62,084 nt of DNA, from the NCBI RefSeq assembly GCF_030144855.1, contig NW_026781355.1, positions 310,001-372,084 on the forward strand, written 5' to 3'. The position numbers and the translations under genes were made by a program. This DNA is from Hypanus sabinus. Its lineage: Eukaryota. The notes beneath the pieces are model-generated. The model had not been told where the DNA came from. It made no database searches and saw only the letters and a list, made by a program, of their open reading frames with translations. Positions 26,701-38,700 of this stretch are shown here, piece by piece. The stretch's first letter is position 1. The number at the start of each line of letters is the position of its first letter.

Positions 26701-29700
26701 CAATGATAAGGATAAAGGAGACCATCTAGTAGTAAGTTGTTGAATTTGATGAAGCATAGGTAAAAAATTCAATCTGAATAAATCTTTATATTTCTTGGTA
26801 ATTTTTATACCTAAATAAATAAAATTATCAGTAACAATTTTAAATGGTATCCTGTCATTCAGTAAAGTTTGTGCATTTAAAGGGAAGAGTTCACTCTTAT
26901 CCAAATTTAATTTGTAACCAGAAAAACTACCAAATTGAACCAACAAGGATAGAATCGCTGGAATAGAATTATCAGGATCAGAAATATGTAACAACAAGTC
27001 ATCAGCATAGAGCGATAACTTGTATAATTTCTCATTATGGGTAATACCAAAAATATTAGGGGATTCACGAATAGCAATAGCTAAAGGTTCTAATGCAATA
27101 TTAAATAATAAAGGACTTAAGGGAGAACCTTGTCTCGTACTACGAGATAATTGAAAAAAAGAGGATCTATAATTATTCGTAAGGACAGAAGCAACAGGTT
27201 TATAATATATTAATTTAATCCATGATATAAAATTAGAACTAAAGTTAAAATGTTTCAAGGCATTAAATAAGTATGTCCATTCAACTCTATCAAAAGCTTT
27301 TTCAGCATCTAATGAAATAACACATTCTGGGGTTGTGGGTGAGGAAGTGTAAATTATATTGATCAATTTTCTAACATTAAAAAAGGAGTATCGGTTCCTA
27401 ATGAAACTAGTTTGATCTCCTGAAATAATCTGTGATAGTACCTTTTCTAACCTAATAGCTAAAATTTTTGTAAGAATCTTAGAGTCTACATTTAGTAACG
27501 ATATAGGGCGATAAGATGCACATAAAGTAGGATCTTTATCTTTTTTAAGAATTAAAGAAATAGTAGCTTCATAAAAAGACTGGGGTAGTCTCTTCTTAAT
27601 AAATGCATCATTAAAGATTTCACATAACCAAGGGGAAAGCAAAGAAGAAAAAGTTTTTAAAAATTCTATAATATAACCATCGGGGCCAGGAGCTTTCCCT
27701 GAATTCATCGATGAAATAGCCTCTCCTACCTCCGCCATAGAAATAGGAGCATCAAATAAACTTCGATCTTCATCTGTCAGTTTGGGAATATTCAAATTGT
27801 TAAAAAAATTATCCATCATAGACATATCACCATCAAATTCTGATTGATATAAAGATTTATAAAAATCTTGGAAAGTATTATTAATTTCTTTATGATCAAT
27901 AGTCAGATTACCGTCTTGTTTACAAATTTTAATAATTTGTCACTTAGTCGAAATAGCTTTTAATTGATTAGCTAACAATTTACCAGTTCGATCACTATGG
28001 ATATAAAATTGAGCCCTGGTCTTAATTAATTGATTCTCAATTGAAGAAGATAACAGTAAGCTATGTTCCATTTGCAGCTCAACTCTCTTCTTATAAAGTT
28101 CCTTGGTAGGAGTAACGGAATAAATCTTATCAATTTCTTTAATTTTATCCACCAATAAAGCTATATCTAAATATCTTTGTTTTCTTTTCCCAGCAGAATG
28201 TGAGATAATTTGTCCATGAATAAAAGCCTTAAAAGAGTCCCAAAGTATTCCTCTGTCAATCTCTTCGGTATAGTTTGTTGAAAAAGAGAGATTACCTCAG
28301 GGCTCTTGAACTCAATCCCACAGCTGATGAATGCCAGTACACCAGACACCTTCTTAACACCACTGTCAACCTGTGCAGCAGCTTTGAGTGTCCTATGGAC
28401 AGACTCCCCAAGATCCAGCTCATCCTCCACACTGCCACCAGTCTTACCATTCATATATTCTGTATTCAAATTTGACCTACCAGAATGAATCACTTCACAC
28501 TTATCTGGGTTGAACTCCATCTGTTCTACACACCCTCCACTCTGTGTGTAATGAACCTGCCTCTGACCTCTGACATCCCCCCAATACTTTCCAGGAAAAG
28601 TCTCTGGCTGTCTGCTCGATTATGCCTCTTATCATCTTGTTCACCTCTATCAAGTCACCTCTCATCTTTCTTCACTCCCAAGAGAAATTCTCCAGCTCGC
28701 TCAACCTTTCCTCATTAAACATCCTCTCTGGTCCAGGCAGCATCCTGGTAGATCTCCTCTACATCCTCACGAAAGCTTCCTCATCCTTCCTGTAATGAGG
28801 TGAGTGGAACTGAACTTACTTGCTGCTGCAGGGACGATTTTCATTGCACGTCTGCCTACGTGTCTGCACAGGTGCAGTGAAAATCCAGTTGCCGCAGCAA
28901 CACGGGCACAGAGCGTTGCATCAGAAAAGCAGCAATCAAGGTCAAGTTTATTGCCATCTGACTGTACACAGATACAGAACGTCAAGGTGTCTTGTACATC
29001 AGTCAATGAAAGTAAGCATGCAGGTACAGCAGGCAGTGAAGAAAGCTAATGACATGCTGGCTTTTATAACAAGAGGAATTGAGTATAGGAGTAAAGAGGT
29101 CCTTCTGCAGTTGTACAGGGCCCTGGTGAGACCTCACCTGGAGTACTGTGTGCAGTTTTGGTCTCCAAATTTGAAGAAGGACATTCTTGCTATTGAGGGA
29201 GTGCAGCGTAGGTTCACAAGGTTAATTCCCGGAATGACGGGACTGTTATATGTTGAAAGATTGGAGTGACTGGGCTTGTATACACTGGAATTTAGAAGGA
29301 TGAGAGGGGATCTGATTGAGACATATAAGATTATTAAGGGATTGGACATGCTGGAGGCAGGAAGCATGTTCTGGCTGATGGGTGAGTCCAGAACTAGAGG
29401 CCACAGTTTAAGAATAAGGGGTAGGCCATTTAGAACTGAGATGCGGAAAAATTTTTTCACCCAGAGAGTGGTGGATATGTGGAATACTCTGCCCCAGAAG
29501 GCAGTGGAAGCCAAGTCTCTGGATGCACTCAAGAGAGAGTTAGATAGAGCTCTTATAGATAGCGGGGTCAAGGGATATGGGGGAGAGGGCAGGAATGGGG
29601 TACTGATTGTGTATGATCAGCCATGATCACAGTGAATGGCAGTGCTGGCTAGAAGGGCCGAATGGCCTACTCCTGCACCTATTGTCTATTGTAAACTCGG

Positions 29701-32700
29701 GATTGCAGCCTGTGCCACGAGACAGAGAGGGTAGGAACAGGAAGTTATGGCAGATGAATGCGTGGCTGAGGAGTTGGTGCAGGGGGCAGGGGTTCAGGTT
29801 TCTGGATCATTGGGATCTCTTCTGGGGACGGTCTGACCTGTACAAAAAGGACGGGCTGCACCTGAACTGGAAAGGGACCAATATCCTGGCGGGCAGGTTT
29901 GCTGGAGCTGTTGGGGAGGGTTTAAACTAGTTTGGCAGCGGGGTGGGAATCAGAATGTGAGTGCAGAGATTAAGGTAGAAGGACAAGGGCATGATGCTAT
30001 GTGTTCTGAGTTGGTGAGGAAGGACAGGCAGGGGACAAAACATAAATGTAGCCAGTTAGAGGGGTTGAAATGTGTCTATTTCAATGCTAGGAGTATTAGG
30101 AATAAAGGGGATGAACTTCGAGCATGGATCAGTACATGGAACTACGATGTTGTGGCCATTACTGAAACTTGGCTGGAGGAAGGACAGGATTGGCTGATGC
30201 AGGTACCAGGATTTAGCTGTTTTAAAAGGAACAGAATGGGAGGTAGAAAGGGGGAGATGAGTAGCATTACTGGTCAGGGATAGTATCACGGCTATAGAAA
30301 GGGAGGACGCTGCAGAGGGAATGTCCACTGAGTTGGTCTGGGTGGAAGTCAGAAATAGGAAGGGATCAATCGCTGTGCTGGGAGTAGTCTATAGGCCCCC
30401 AAATAGCCCTCAGGACACCGAGGAGCAGATAAGCAGGCAGATTTTAGAATGGTGCAGGAAATACAGGGTTGTAGTTCTGGGTGATTTCAACTTCCCACAC
30501 ATTGACTGGCATCTCCCGACTGCAAGGGGGATAAATGGGGCTGAATTTGTCAGGTGTGTTCAAGAAGGATTCCTGACAGTATGTGGACCGGCCGACGAGA
30601 GGAGAGGCCATACTGGATCTAGTTCTGGGTAATGAACCTGGTCAGGTGACAGACCTCTTGGTGGGGGAGCATTTGGTGAGAGTGACCACAACTCCCTTAG
30701 CTTCAGCATAGCTATGGAAAAGGATAAAAACTGACAAAATGGGAAAGTGCTTAACTGGGGAAGGGCTAACAATGAAGGGATGAGGCAGGAACTAGTGAGA
30801 GTAAATTGGAAACAGATGTCCAAGGGTGAAAACACAGAAGTAATGTGGGAGAAGTTTAGGGACCACTTGTGCTGTGTTCAGGATAGGTTTGTCCCACTGA
30901 GACAAGTTTAAAATGATAGGAAAAGGGAACCATGGCTGACAAAACACGTGAGGCAACTCATCCAGAGGAAGAAAGAAGCATATGTTAGATATAAGAAGCA
31001 GGAAACAGGGGGGGCTCATGAGAAATATAGGATAGCCAGGAAGGTGCTTAAGAAAGGACTTAGGAGAGCTCTAAGTCTTGGCATGTCGGATTAAGGAGAA
31101 CCCCAAGGCGTTCTACACGTATGTGAAGAACAGAAGGATGAATAGAACAAAGGTGGGGCCACTAAAGGATAAGGAGGGCAATATGTGCTTGGAGGCGCAG
31201 GAGGTTGGGGAGGTCCTAAATGAATACTTTGCTTCAGTATTGACAAGTGAAAAGGACCTTGATCAGGGTGAGATCGAAATAGAGCAGGTCTGTGCACTGG
31301 ACAATGTGGAGATTAAGGAAGAAATATTGGATCTTCTTAAAAACATCAAAATTGATAAGTCCCCAGGACTGGATGTGATATACCCCAGGTTGCTGTGGGA
31401 GGTGAGAGAAGAAATCACTGGAACAGTAGCTATGATCTTTGAATCCTCTTTGGCTGCAGGGGAGGTGCCGGAGGATTGGAGAATGGCAAATGTAGCTCCC
31501 CTTGTTTAAAAATGTTAATAGGGAGAATCCTGTGAACTAGAGACTGGTGAGTCTTACGTCGGTGCTCTGAAAACTATTGGAAAGGATTCTTAAGGATAGG
31601 ATCTGTGAGCATTTGGAGAAGTCCAGTCTGCTCAAGGATAGTCAACATGGCTTTGTGAAGGGAAGGTTGTGCCTCACCAGCCTGACTGAGTTTTTTGAAG
31701 AGGTAACAAAAGAAATTGATGAGGGTAGGGCAGTAGATGTGGTCTACATGGATTTTAGCAAAGCATTTGTCAAGGTCCCCCATGAGAGACTCATCCAGAA
31801 AATCATGAGGCATGGAATCAATGGAACCTTGGCTGTTTGGATAAAAAATTGGTTTACAGGAAGAAAGCAGAGGATCGTAGTGGAAGGAAAGTATTCTGCC
31901 TGGAGGTCGGTGACTAGTGGAGTGCCACAAGGATCTGTCCTGGGACCCCTACTCTTTAAGTATAACTGAGAATGCATGTAGTTTGCAGCACAGGTAAACA
32001 GTAAACAGCTCAGTGCACTATCTTTGTAGAAAGCAGGGTTCACTGTAGAATTCCTTCTCAAACACACCAGCTCAGGCTGTAGTACACTTTCAGTACAGTA
32101 AGTATTACACTGGAGAGGGTTCACTGTAGAATTCCTTCTCAAACACACCAGCTCAGGCTGTAGAACACTTTCAGTACAGTAAGTATTACACTGGAGAGGG
32201 TTCACTGTAGAATTCCTTCTCAAACACACCAGCTCAGGCTGTAGAACACTTTCAGTACAGTAAGTATTACACTGGAGAGGGTTCACTGTAGAATTCCTTC
32301 TCAAACACACCAGCACAGGCTGTAGAACACTTTCAGGACAGTAAGTATTACACTGGAGAGGGCTCAGTGTAGAATTCCTTCTCAAACACACCAGCTCAGG
32401 CTGTTGAACACTTTCAGTACGGTAAGTATCACACTGGAGTGGGTTCAGTGTAGATGAAGATACAGATGAAGATGAAGATGACGTACAGATGAAGATCATG
32501 TTCATTGTCGTCTGAGTGTACATCTCCACAACAAAATGTAACAGTGTTCCTCTGGATCACGGTGCACCCAGAAAACATCTACAGTCTCACATCACACACA
32601 GCTCATAATGCAAAATATTCCCTCAGCTGAGTTAATAGGTTAGTGACTAATGCCATTACACAGGACTGACTGGTGTTGTTATACTGTATTGATCAGTATT

Positions 32701-35700
32701 ATTACTCTGTATTGATTAGTGTTGTTTCAGTACAGTGACTAGTGTTGTTAAACAATACTGACTGGTGTTGTTTCATTGTGGTGATTGTGTTGTCACACTG
32801 TACTGATTAGTGATATCACACTGTACAGATCAGTGTTGTTACACTGTACTGATTGGTGTTGCTGCAGTGTATTGATTTGTGCTGTTTCCCTGTAATGGCC
32901 AGTGTTACACTGTACTGGTCGTTGTTGTTAGACTGTACTGATTGGTGTTGTTACACTTCACTGATTAGTGATGGTGTCAATTGGTTCAACAACCGAATGA
33001 TTGAAGGGAATTAGCTGTTCCTGAACGTGGTGGTGTGAGATTTAGGCTTCTTGATCTCCTGCCCGATGGGACTGATTTATGTTCTAAAGAGTTTCCCTAG
33101 TTTGAATGGACTTTAATGAGTGAGGCACATGTGGGGCCGTTTTCATTCAGGAGGGTGCTGTGGGGAGTTTTTATTATTTTGTTAGCTGGAAATTTTGTCA
33201 GTGTTAAACGTTTTTGCTGAGGGTTAACCGATTTATTCTGGCACCTGTCCTTCCCTCAGCTCCCAATGAGAGTGTCTCTGTGATGACTGGAACTGAGGGA
33301 GCTTCGGCCACGTTACCCTGTGTGTTCACACGGCCTCGGCAGAGCCTCACCGCACACACGGTGACGTGGATGAGGAAGGATCCCTACCGAATCATCGTCA
33401 CATTCAGGCACCATGGAAATGGATCATGGGTAGCGGAAAACGGAGTGACTCGGTACGAGCTCGTCGAGGACCCAGAGCTGGGAAGCGCCTGGATCAGGAT
33501 AAAGCAGCTGAGAGTGGAGGACAGTCACAGCTACCTGTGTCTGGCTGAGTTCAGGAACATGAAGCATGATTATTCATCCTACAGAGAGCACGTCACACCT
33601 CCATTTATACATGTGTTCCAAAGTGAGATCCGGTTGCAGGTCAGACCAGGTAAAAAATCATTGACACATTCTGCAGGGCATGGGGAGGGTTTTGGGGGGG
33701 GTGGGGTGGGGGGTAGCCTGCTACCATTATCCTTCCTCTAATCAACCCCACCCCCGGGTTTATCTGTCTGTCCCCGAGTGAGATCTGACTGTAGATCAGA
33801 CCCGGAAAAGAACCCGTCACCACATTCAAGTTCAAGTTTAATTGTCAATCAGCCACACGTGCGTACAGCAAAACAAAACAGTGTTCCTCCAGGGACAAGC
33901 TGTAAAGCAGAGTAGCAACAGCACACAGTACACATGTTATGATGGCAGAAAAGCATACAGTCACAAAAAGACATAATATTGCCCAAGTTCCTGAGTGGTC
34001 TGGATTGGAGCTGGATGGTAGATTGGATATTGTCCTGGTCCAGCTTGTCTCTCACTAAGTGAACACTGGGGGGCAGCACTGAGCAAAAGAGGAAGGCAGC
34101 ACCGATGGGAGGGGCCTGTCCCCAACCCACGACGGACTCCAGCACGTCCACAGAGGCCTCTGCTCTCTCCCACACCATCTCGGCATCTTCTGCAGTGTTC
34201 AGGGATGGGTCAGAACCTCCAGCACCCACTGTATTCTGTGTCCAGACTCCGGGGATGAATGGTATATCGGCCACTCCCAGCCTCAGCTGGTGATGAGTTC
34301 CATTTCCCCACCACAACTCCATCTCAGACGGTCCCTCACACAGGGCGGCCCCCAGATTTCAACGGGCCCCCTGGTGGGGCCTTGCCTGAGCCTGGGAGGA
34401 ATGAGTGGAGTTCTAACGGAGGATCAGGAATCTTCCCAGAGAAGATGCACACTCAACGTTTCAGGAAGAGCTTCTTCCTTCTTGCTGATTTCTGAATGGA
34501 CAATCAGAAAAGTGAGGGCCATCTCACTTTTTTCCCTATTTTTCCCTCTTTTTGTGCTACTTATTTAATTTAAAATTATACATGTAGGTATATATTTCTT
34601 ATTGAAATTTGCAGTTTTTTAATTAATATGTATTGCAATGTATAACGGGGTGTCAGGGTGAAGATACGTCTTTACCAAAGGAGGTGTAAGACACTCCTTC
34701 CCTCCACTAGTCTTCACTTTACCCTTGGGCGAGGTGTAGCCCCTGCTTCGCCCCCGATCAGGGTCACGTGAATCCATGGGATCAGGTGGTGGATGGTTGT
34801 ATGAGCAGCTGGTGCAGATCACAAATTCTGGTTATGTGACCACTGACACCAGGCAGACAATCTCTGAAGATTATTGACAATGGCTGGACTCACCCATCCT
34901 GTACAGACACTGCTCAGAAGAAGGTGATGGAAACCCCTTTTGTAGAAAAATTGCCAAGAACAATCATGGTCATAAACAGGAAAATATCTGCCGTTGCTGG
35001 AAATCCAGAGCAACACACACAAGATACTGGAGGAGCTCAGCAGGTCGGGCAGTGTCTATGGGGAAAGAATCAAAGGTTCATTTTATTGTCAAAAGTTTGC
35101 ATGTAGAATACAACTCTGATATTCATCTTCTCCAGATAACCATGATATCCAGATAAACCATGGGATTCGTTACAAGAAAAGACATCAATACCCCCACACG
35201 AAAAGGAAAAAGAAAAATCTCGCAAACCTCAAACCCCCTCCCCGTCCCCCACCTCCCTCCCTCGCACAAAAGCCAACAGATCGCCCACCTGGAAGACGAT
35301 CGTCAGAAGATCGAAACCCTCAAACCCCCAACCCCTCCCTCTCAAAAAATACAGTGCCGACAACACCAAACCCAACACCCTCTCCCCACACAGATCACCC
35401 ACACAGAACAGCCAACAAGAACATCAGACATCAATCCCTAACCTGTCCCTCACACAAAAGACAATACATCGTCCCTCTAGAACCCCAAACCACCAATCAG
35501 CAACAGGAACATCAGACACCAATCCCTAACCCCTCCCTCACACAAAGAACAATACATCGTCCCTCTAGAACCCCAACCCACCAATCAGCAACAGGAACAT
35601 CAGACACCAATCCCTAACCCCTCCCTCACACAAAGAACAATACATCGTCCCTCTAGAACCCCAACCCTCCAATCAGCAACAAGAAAGAAAACAGAAACTG

Positions 35701-38700
35701 AAGGAGAGCAAAATAAACTACAGCCCAACAGCCACATCAATCTCAGAATTTCAAACATTCCTCCCACCAGAATTGAGTAAACAGTCGATGTTTTGTGCTG
35801 AGACTCTGCATCAGAACTCATGAAAGGGCCTGTTCTGCACGGTGTGAGTCCTGATGAAGGGGTCAGCCTGAAACGTCAGCTGCTTACTCTTCTCCAGAGA
35901 TGCTGCCTGGCCTGCTGAGTTCCTCCAGCATTTTGTGTGTGTTCATCATGGTTACGAGACTGTGATTGCCCACATCACACAACACAGCACATACCGATGA
36001 TGATGATCGCAATGTACTGTTGCACAAAACACAAGCCGGTGAAATTATCCTAATCCCGATTGCGATTCTGCAGAATGTCAGGGGGAGGAGGCAGACAGGA
36101 CACGTTTACAGGGCTCAACCTGTCACATTGATCCATAAGAAGTTAAGAAATAGGAGCAGGATTCGGCCATCCGGCCCATTGAGCCTGTCCCGCCATTCGA
36201 TAAGATCATGGCTGATCTGTCCGTAAACTCAGCTCCATCTACCTACTTTTTCCCCAAAACCCTTAATTCCCTTACTATGTAAAAACCTATCTAACTGTTT
36301 CTTAAATATATTTAGTGAAGAAACCTCAACTGCTTCCCTGGGCAGAGAATTCCACAGATTCACCACTATCTGGGAAAAACAGTTTCTCCTCATCCCCATC
36401 CTAAATCTTCTCCCTGAATGTTGAGGCAATGTCCCCTAGTTCTAGTCTCACCTACCAAGGGAAACAACTTTCCTGCTTCTATCGTATCTATCCCTTTCAA
36501 AATTTTGTATCTTTCTATAAGATCCCCTCTCATTCTTCTGAACTCCAGAGAGTATAGTCCCAGGCGACTGAACCTCCCCTCACAGGTTAACCCCTTCATC
36601 AAGACAGAAGCCAGCCTCCCACCATGGATTCTGTCTGCACTTCTCACCGTCTCTGTGAAACAGAATGCAAAATCAGAGACCCTCCCATCCACCCTGGACA
36701 TCCTCTCTTCGGCCCTCTCCCACTGGGCAGAAGATACAACAGCCTGGACGCACGGACCACCAGGCTGAAGGACAGCTTTTATCCTACAGTTATAACTACG
36801 GAGTGGTCCCCCAGCACGATAAGATGGACTCTCCACCTCATTATTTATTTGTTTATTCATTTAGAGATACAGCACGGAACAGGCCCTTCCGACCCAACGA
36901 GCCACACCACCCAGAAACCCACCTATTGAACCCACGACGATTTACAATGACCAATTAACCGGCGAGCCGGTCCATCCTTAGACTGTGGGAGGAAACCGGA
37001 GCACCCGGAGGAAACTCACACGGTCACAGGGAGAACGTACAAACTCCTCACAGACGGTGCAGGAATTGAACTCTGAACTCCGACACCCGGAGCTGCCATA
37101 GTGTCACACTAACGGCTGTGCTACCGTGGCAACCCACTTCATTATGGCCCTGCACCTCACCGCCTGCCCGCACTGAACTTTCTCAGTAACTGTCACACTT
37201 TATTCTGCACTCTGCTGTTGTGTCCCCTGTAGTGTGTTAGAATGTACTGATTCATGTTGTTACACTGTACTGATTAGTGTTATTACCTATACTGATTAGT
37301 GTTGTTATTCTGTCGTGATTTGTGTTGTTACCTGTACTGATCAGTGTTGTTACACTCCACTGATTAGTGATGGTGTCAATTGGTTCAACAACCGAATGAT
37401 TGAAGGGAATTAGCTGTTCCTGAACGTGGTGTTGTGAGATTTAGGCTTCTTTATCTCCTGCCCGATGGGACTGATTTATGTTCTAAAGAGTTTCCCTAGT
37501 TTGAATGGACTTTAATGAGTGAGACACATGTGGGGCCGTTTTCATTCAGGAGGGTGCTGTGGGGAGTTTTTATTATTTTGTTAGCTGGAAATTTTGTCAG
37601 TGTTAAACGTTTTTGCTGAGGGTTAACCGATTTATTCTGGCACCTGTCCTTCCCTCAGCTCCCAATGAGAGTGTCTCTGTGATGACTGGAACTGAGGGAG
37701 CTTCGGCCACGTTACCCTGTGTGTTCACACGGCCTCGGCAGAGCCTCACCGCACACACGGTGACGTGGATGAGGAAGGATCCCTACCGAATCATCGTCAC
37801 ATTCAGGCACCATGGAAATGGATCGTGGGTAGCGGAAAACGGAGTGACTCGGTACGAGCTCGTCGAGGACCTAGAGCTGGGAAGCGCCTGGATCAGGATA
37901 AAGCAGCTGAGAGTGGAGGACAGTCACAGCTACCTGTGTCTGGCTGAGTTCAGGAACATGAAGCATGATTATTCATCCGACAGAGAGCACGTCACACCTC
38001 CATTTATACATGTGTTCCAGAGTGAGATCCGGTTGCAGGTCAGACCAGGTAAGAAATCATTGACACATTCTGCAGGGCATGGGGAGGGTTTTGGGGGGGG
38101 TGGGGTGGGGGGTAGCCTGCTACCATTATCCTTCCTCTAATCAACCCCACCCCCGGGTTTATCTGTCTGTCCCCGAGTGAGATCTGACTGTAGATCAGAC
38201 CCGGAAAAGAACCCGTCACCACATTCAAGTTCAAGTTTAATTGTCAATCAGCCACACGTGCGTACAGCAAAACAAAACAGTGTTCCTCCAGGGACAAGCT
38301 GTAAAGCAGAGTAGCAACAGCACACAGTACACATTGTTATGATGGCAGAAAAGCATACAGTCACAAAAAGACATAATATTGCCCAAGTTCCTGAGTGGTC
38401 TGGATTGGAGCTGGATGGTAGATTGGATATTGTCCTGGTCCAGCTTGTCTCTCACTAAGTGAACACTGGGGGCAGCACTGAGCAAAAGAGGAAGGCAGCA
38501 CCGATGGGAGTGGCCTGTCCCCAACCCACGACGGACTCCAGCACGTCCACAGAGGCCTCTGCTCTCTCCCACACCATCTCGGCATCTTCTGCAGTGTTCA
38601 GGGATGGGTCAGAACCTCCAGCACCCACTGTATTCTGTGTCCAGACTCTGGGGATGAATGGTATATCGGCCACTCCCAGCCTCAGCTGGTGATGAGTTCC

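Larger units (their letters stand above)
32945..37231 (+). repeat. Tandem segmental duplication, copy 1 (contains V2 exon)
   Basis: Matches 37344-41449 with offset 4399 at the left end and 4218-4219 at the right end. Confidence 0.95.

Noticed and set aside
32036-32452. CRISPR-like array (also 48160-49060 and 60296-61190)
   Set aside because: Units are contiguous with no unique spacers, the context is eukaryotic, and there are no cas genes.
31744-32529. 261-aa minus-strand ORF with 27-aa Cys repeats
   Set aside because: Translation of the 81-bp minisatellite fused to antisense CR1; no gene context.
34287-34373. Alternative Pro/Thr-rich 87-nt phase 1-1 exon ([14 protein letters not shown]...)
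   Set aside because: Weak donor (GTGGGG) that is GC in copy 2, and only about 25 nt from the other stalk candidate, so they are incompatible. No further support.
23831-38048. V exons as rearranging antigen-receptor (Ig/TCR/NAR) segments
   Set aside because: Each V exon includes its G strand and ends in a splice donor. No CACAGTG heptamer/nonamer RSS is adjacent, and no J or C segments are seen.
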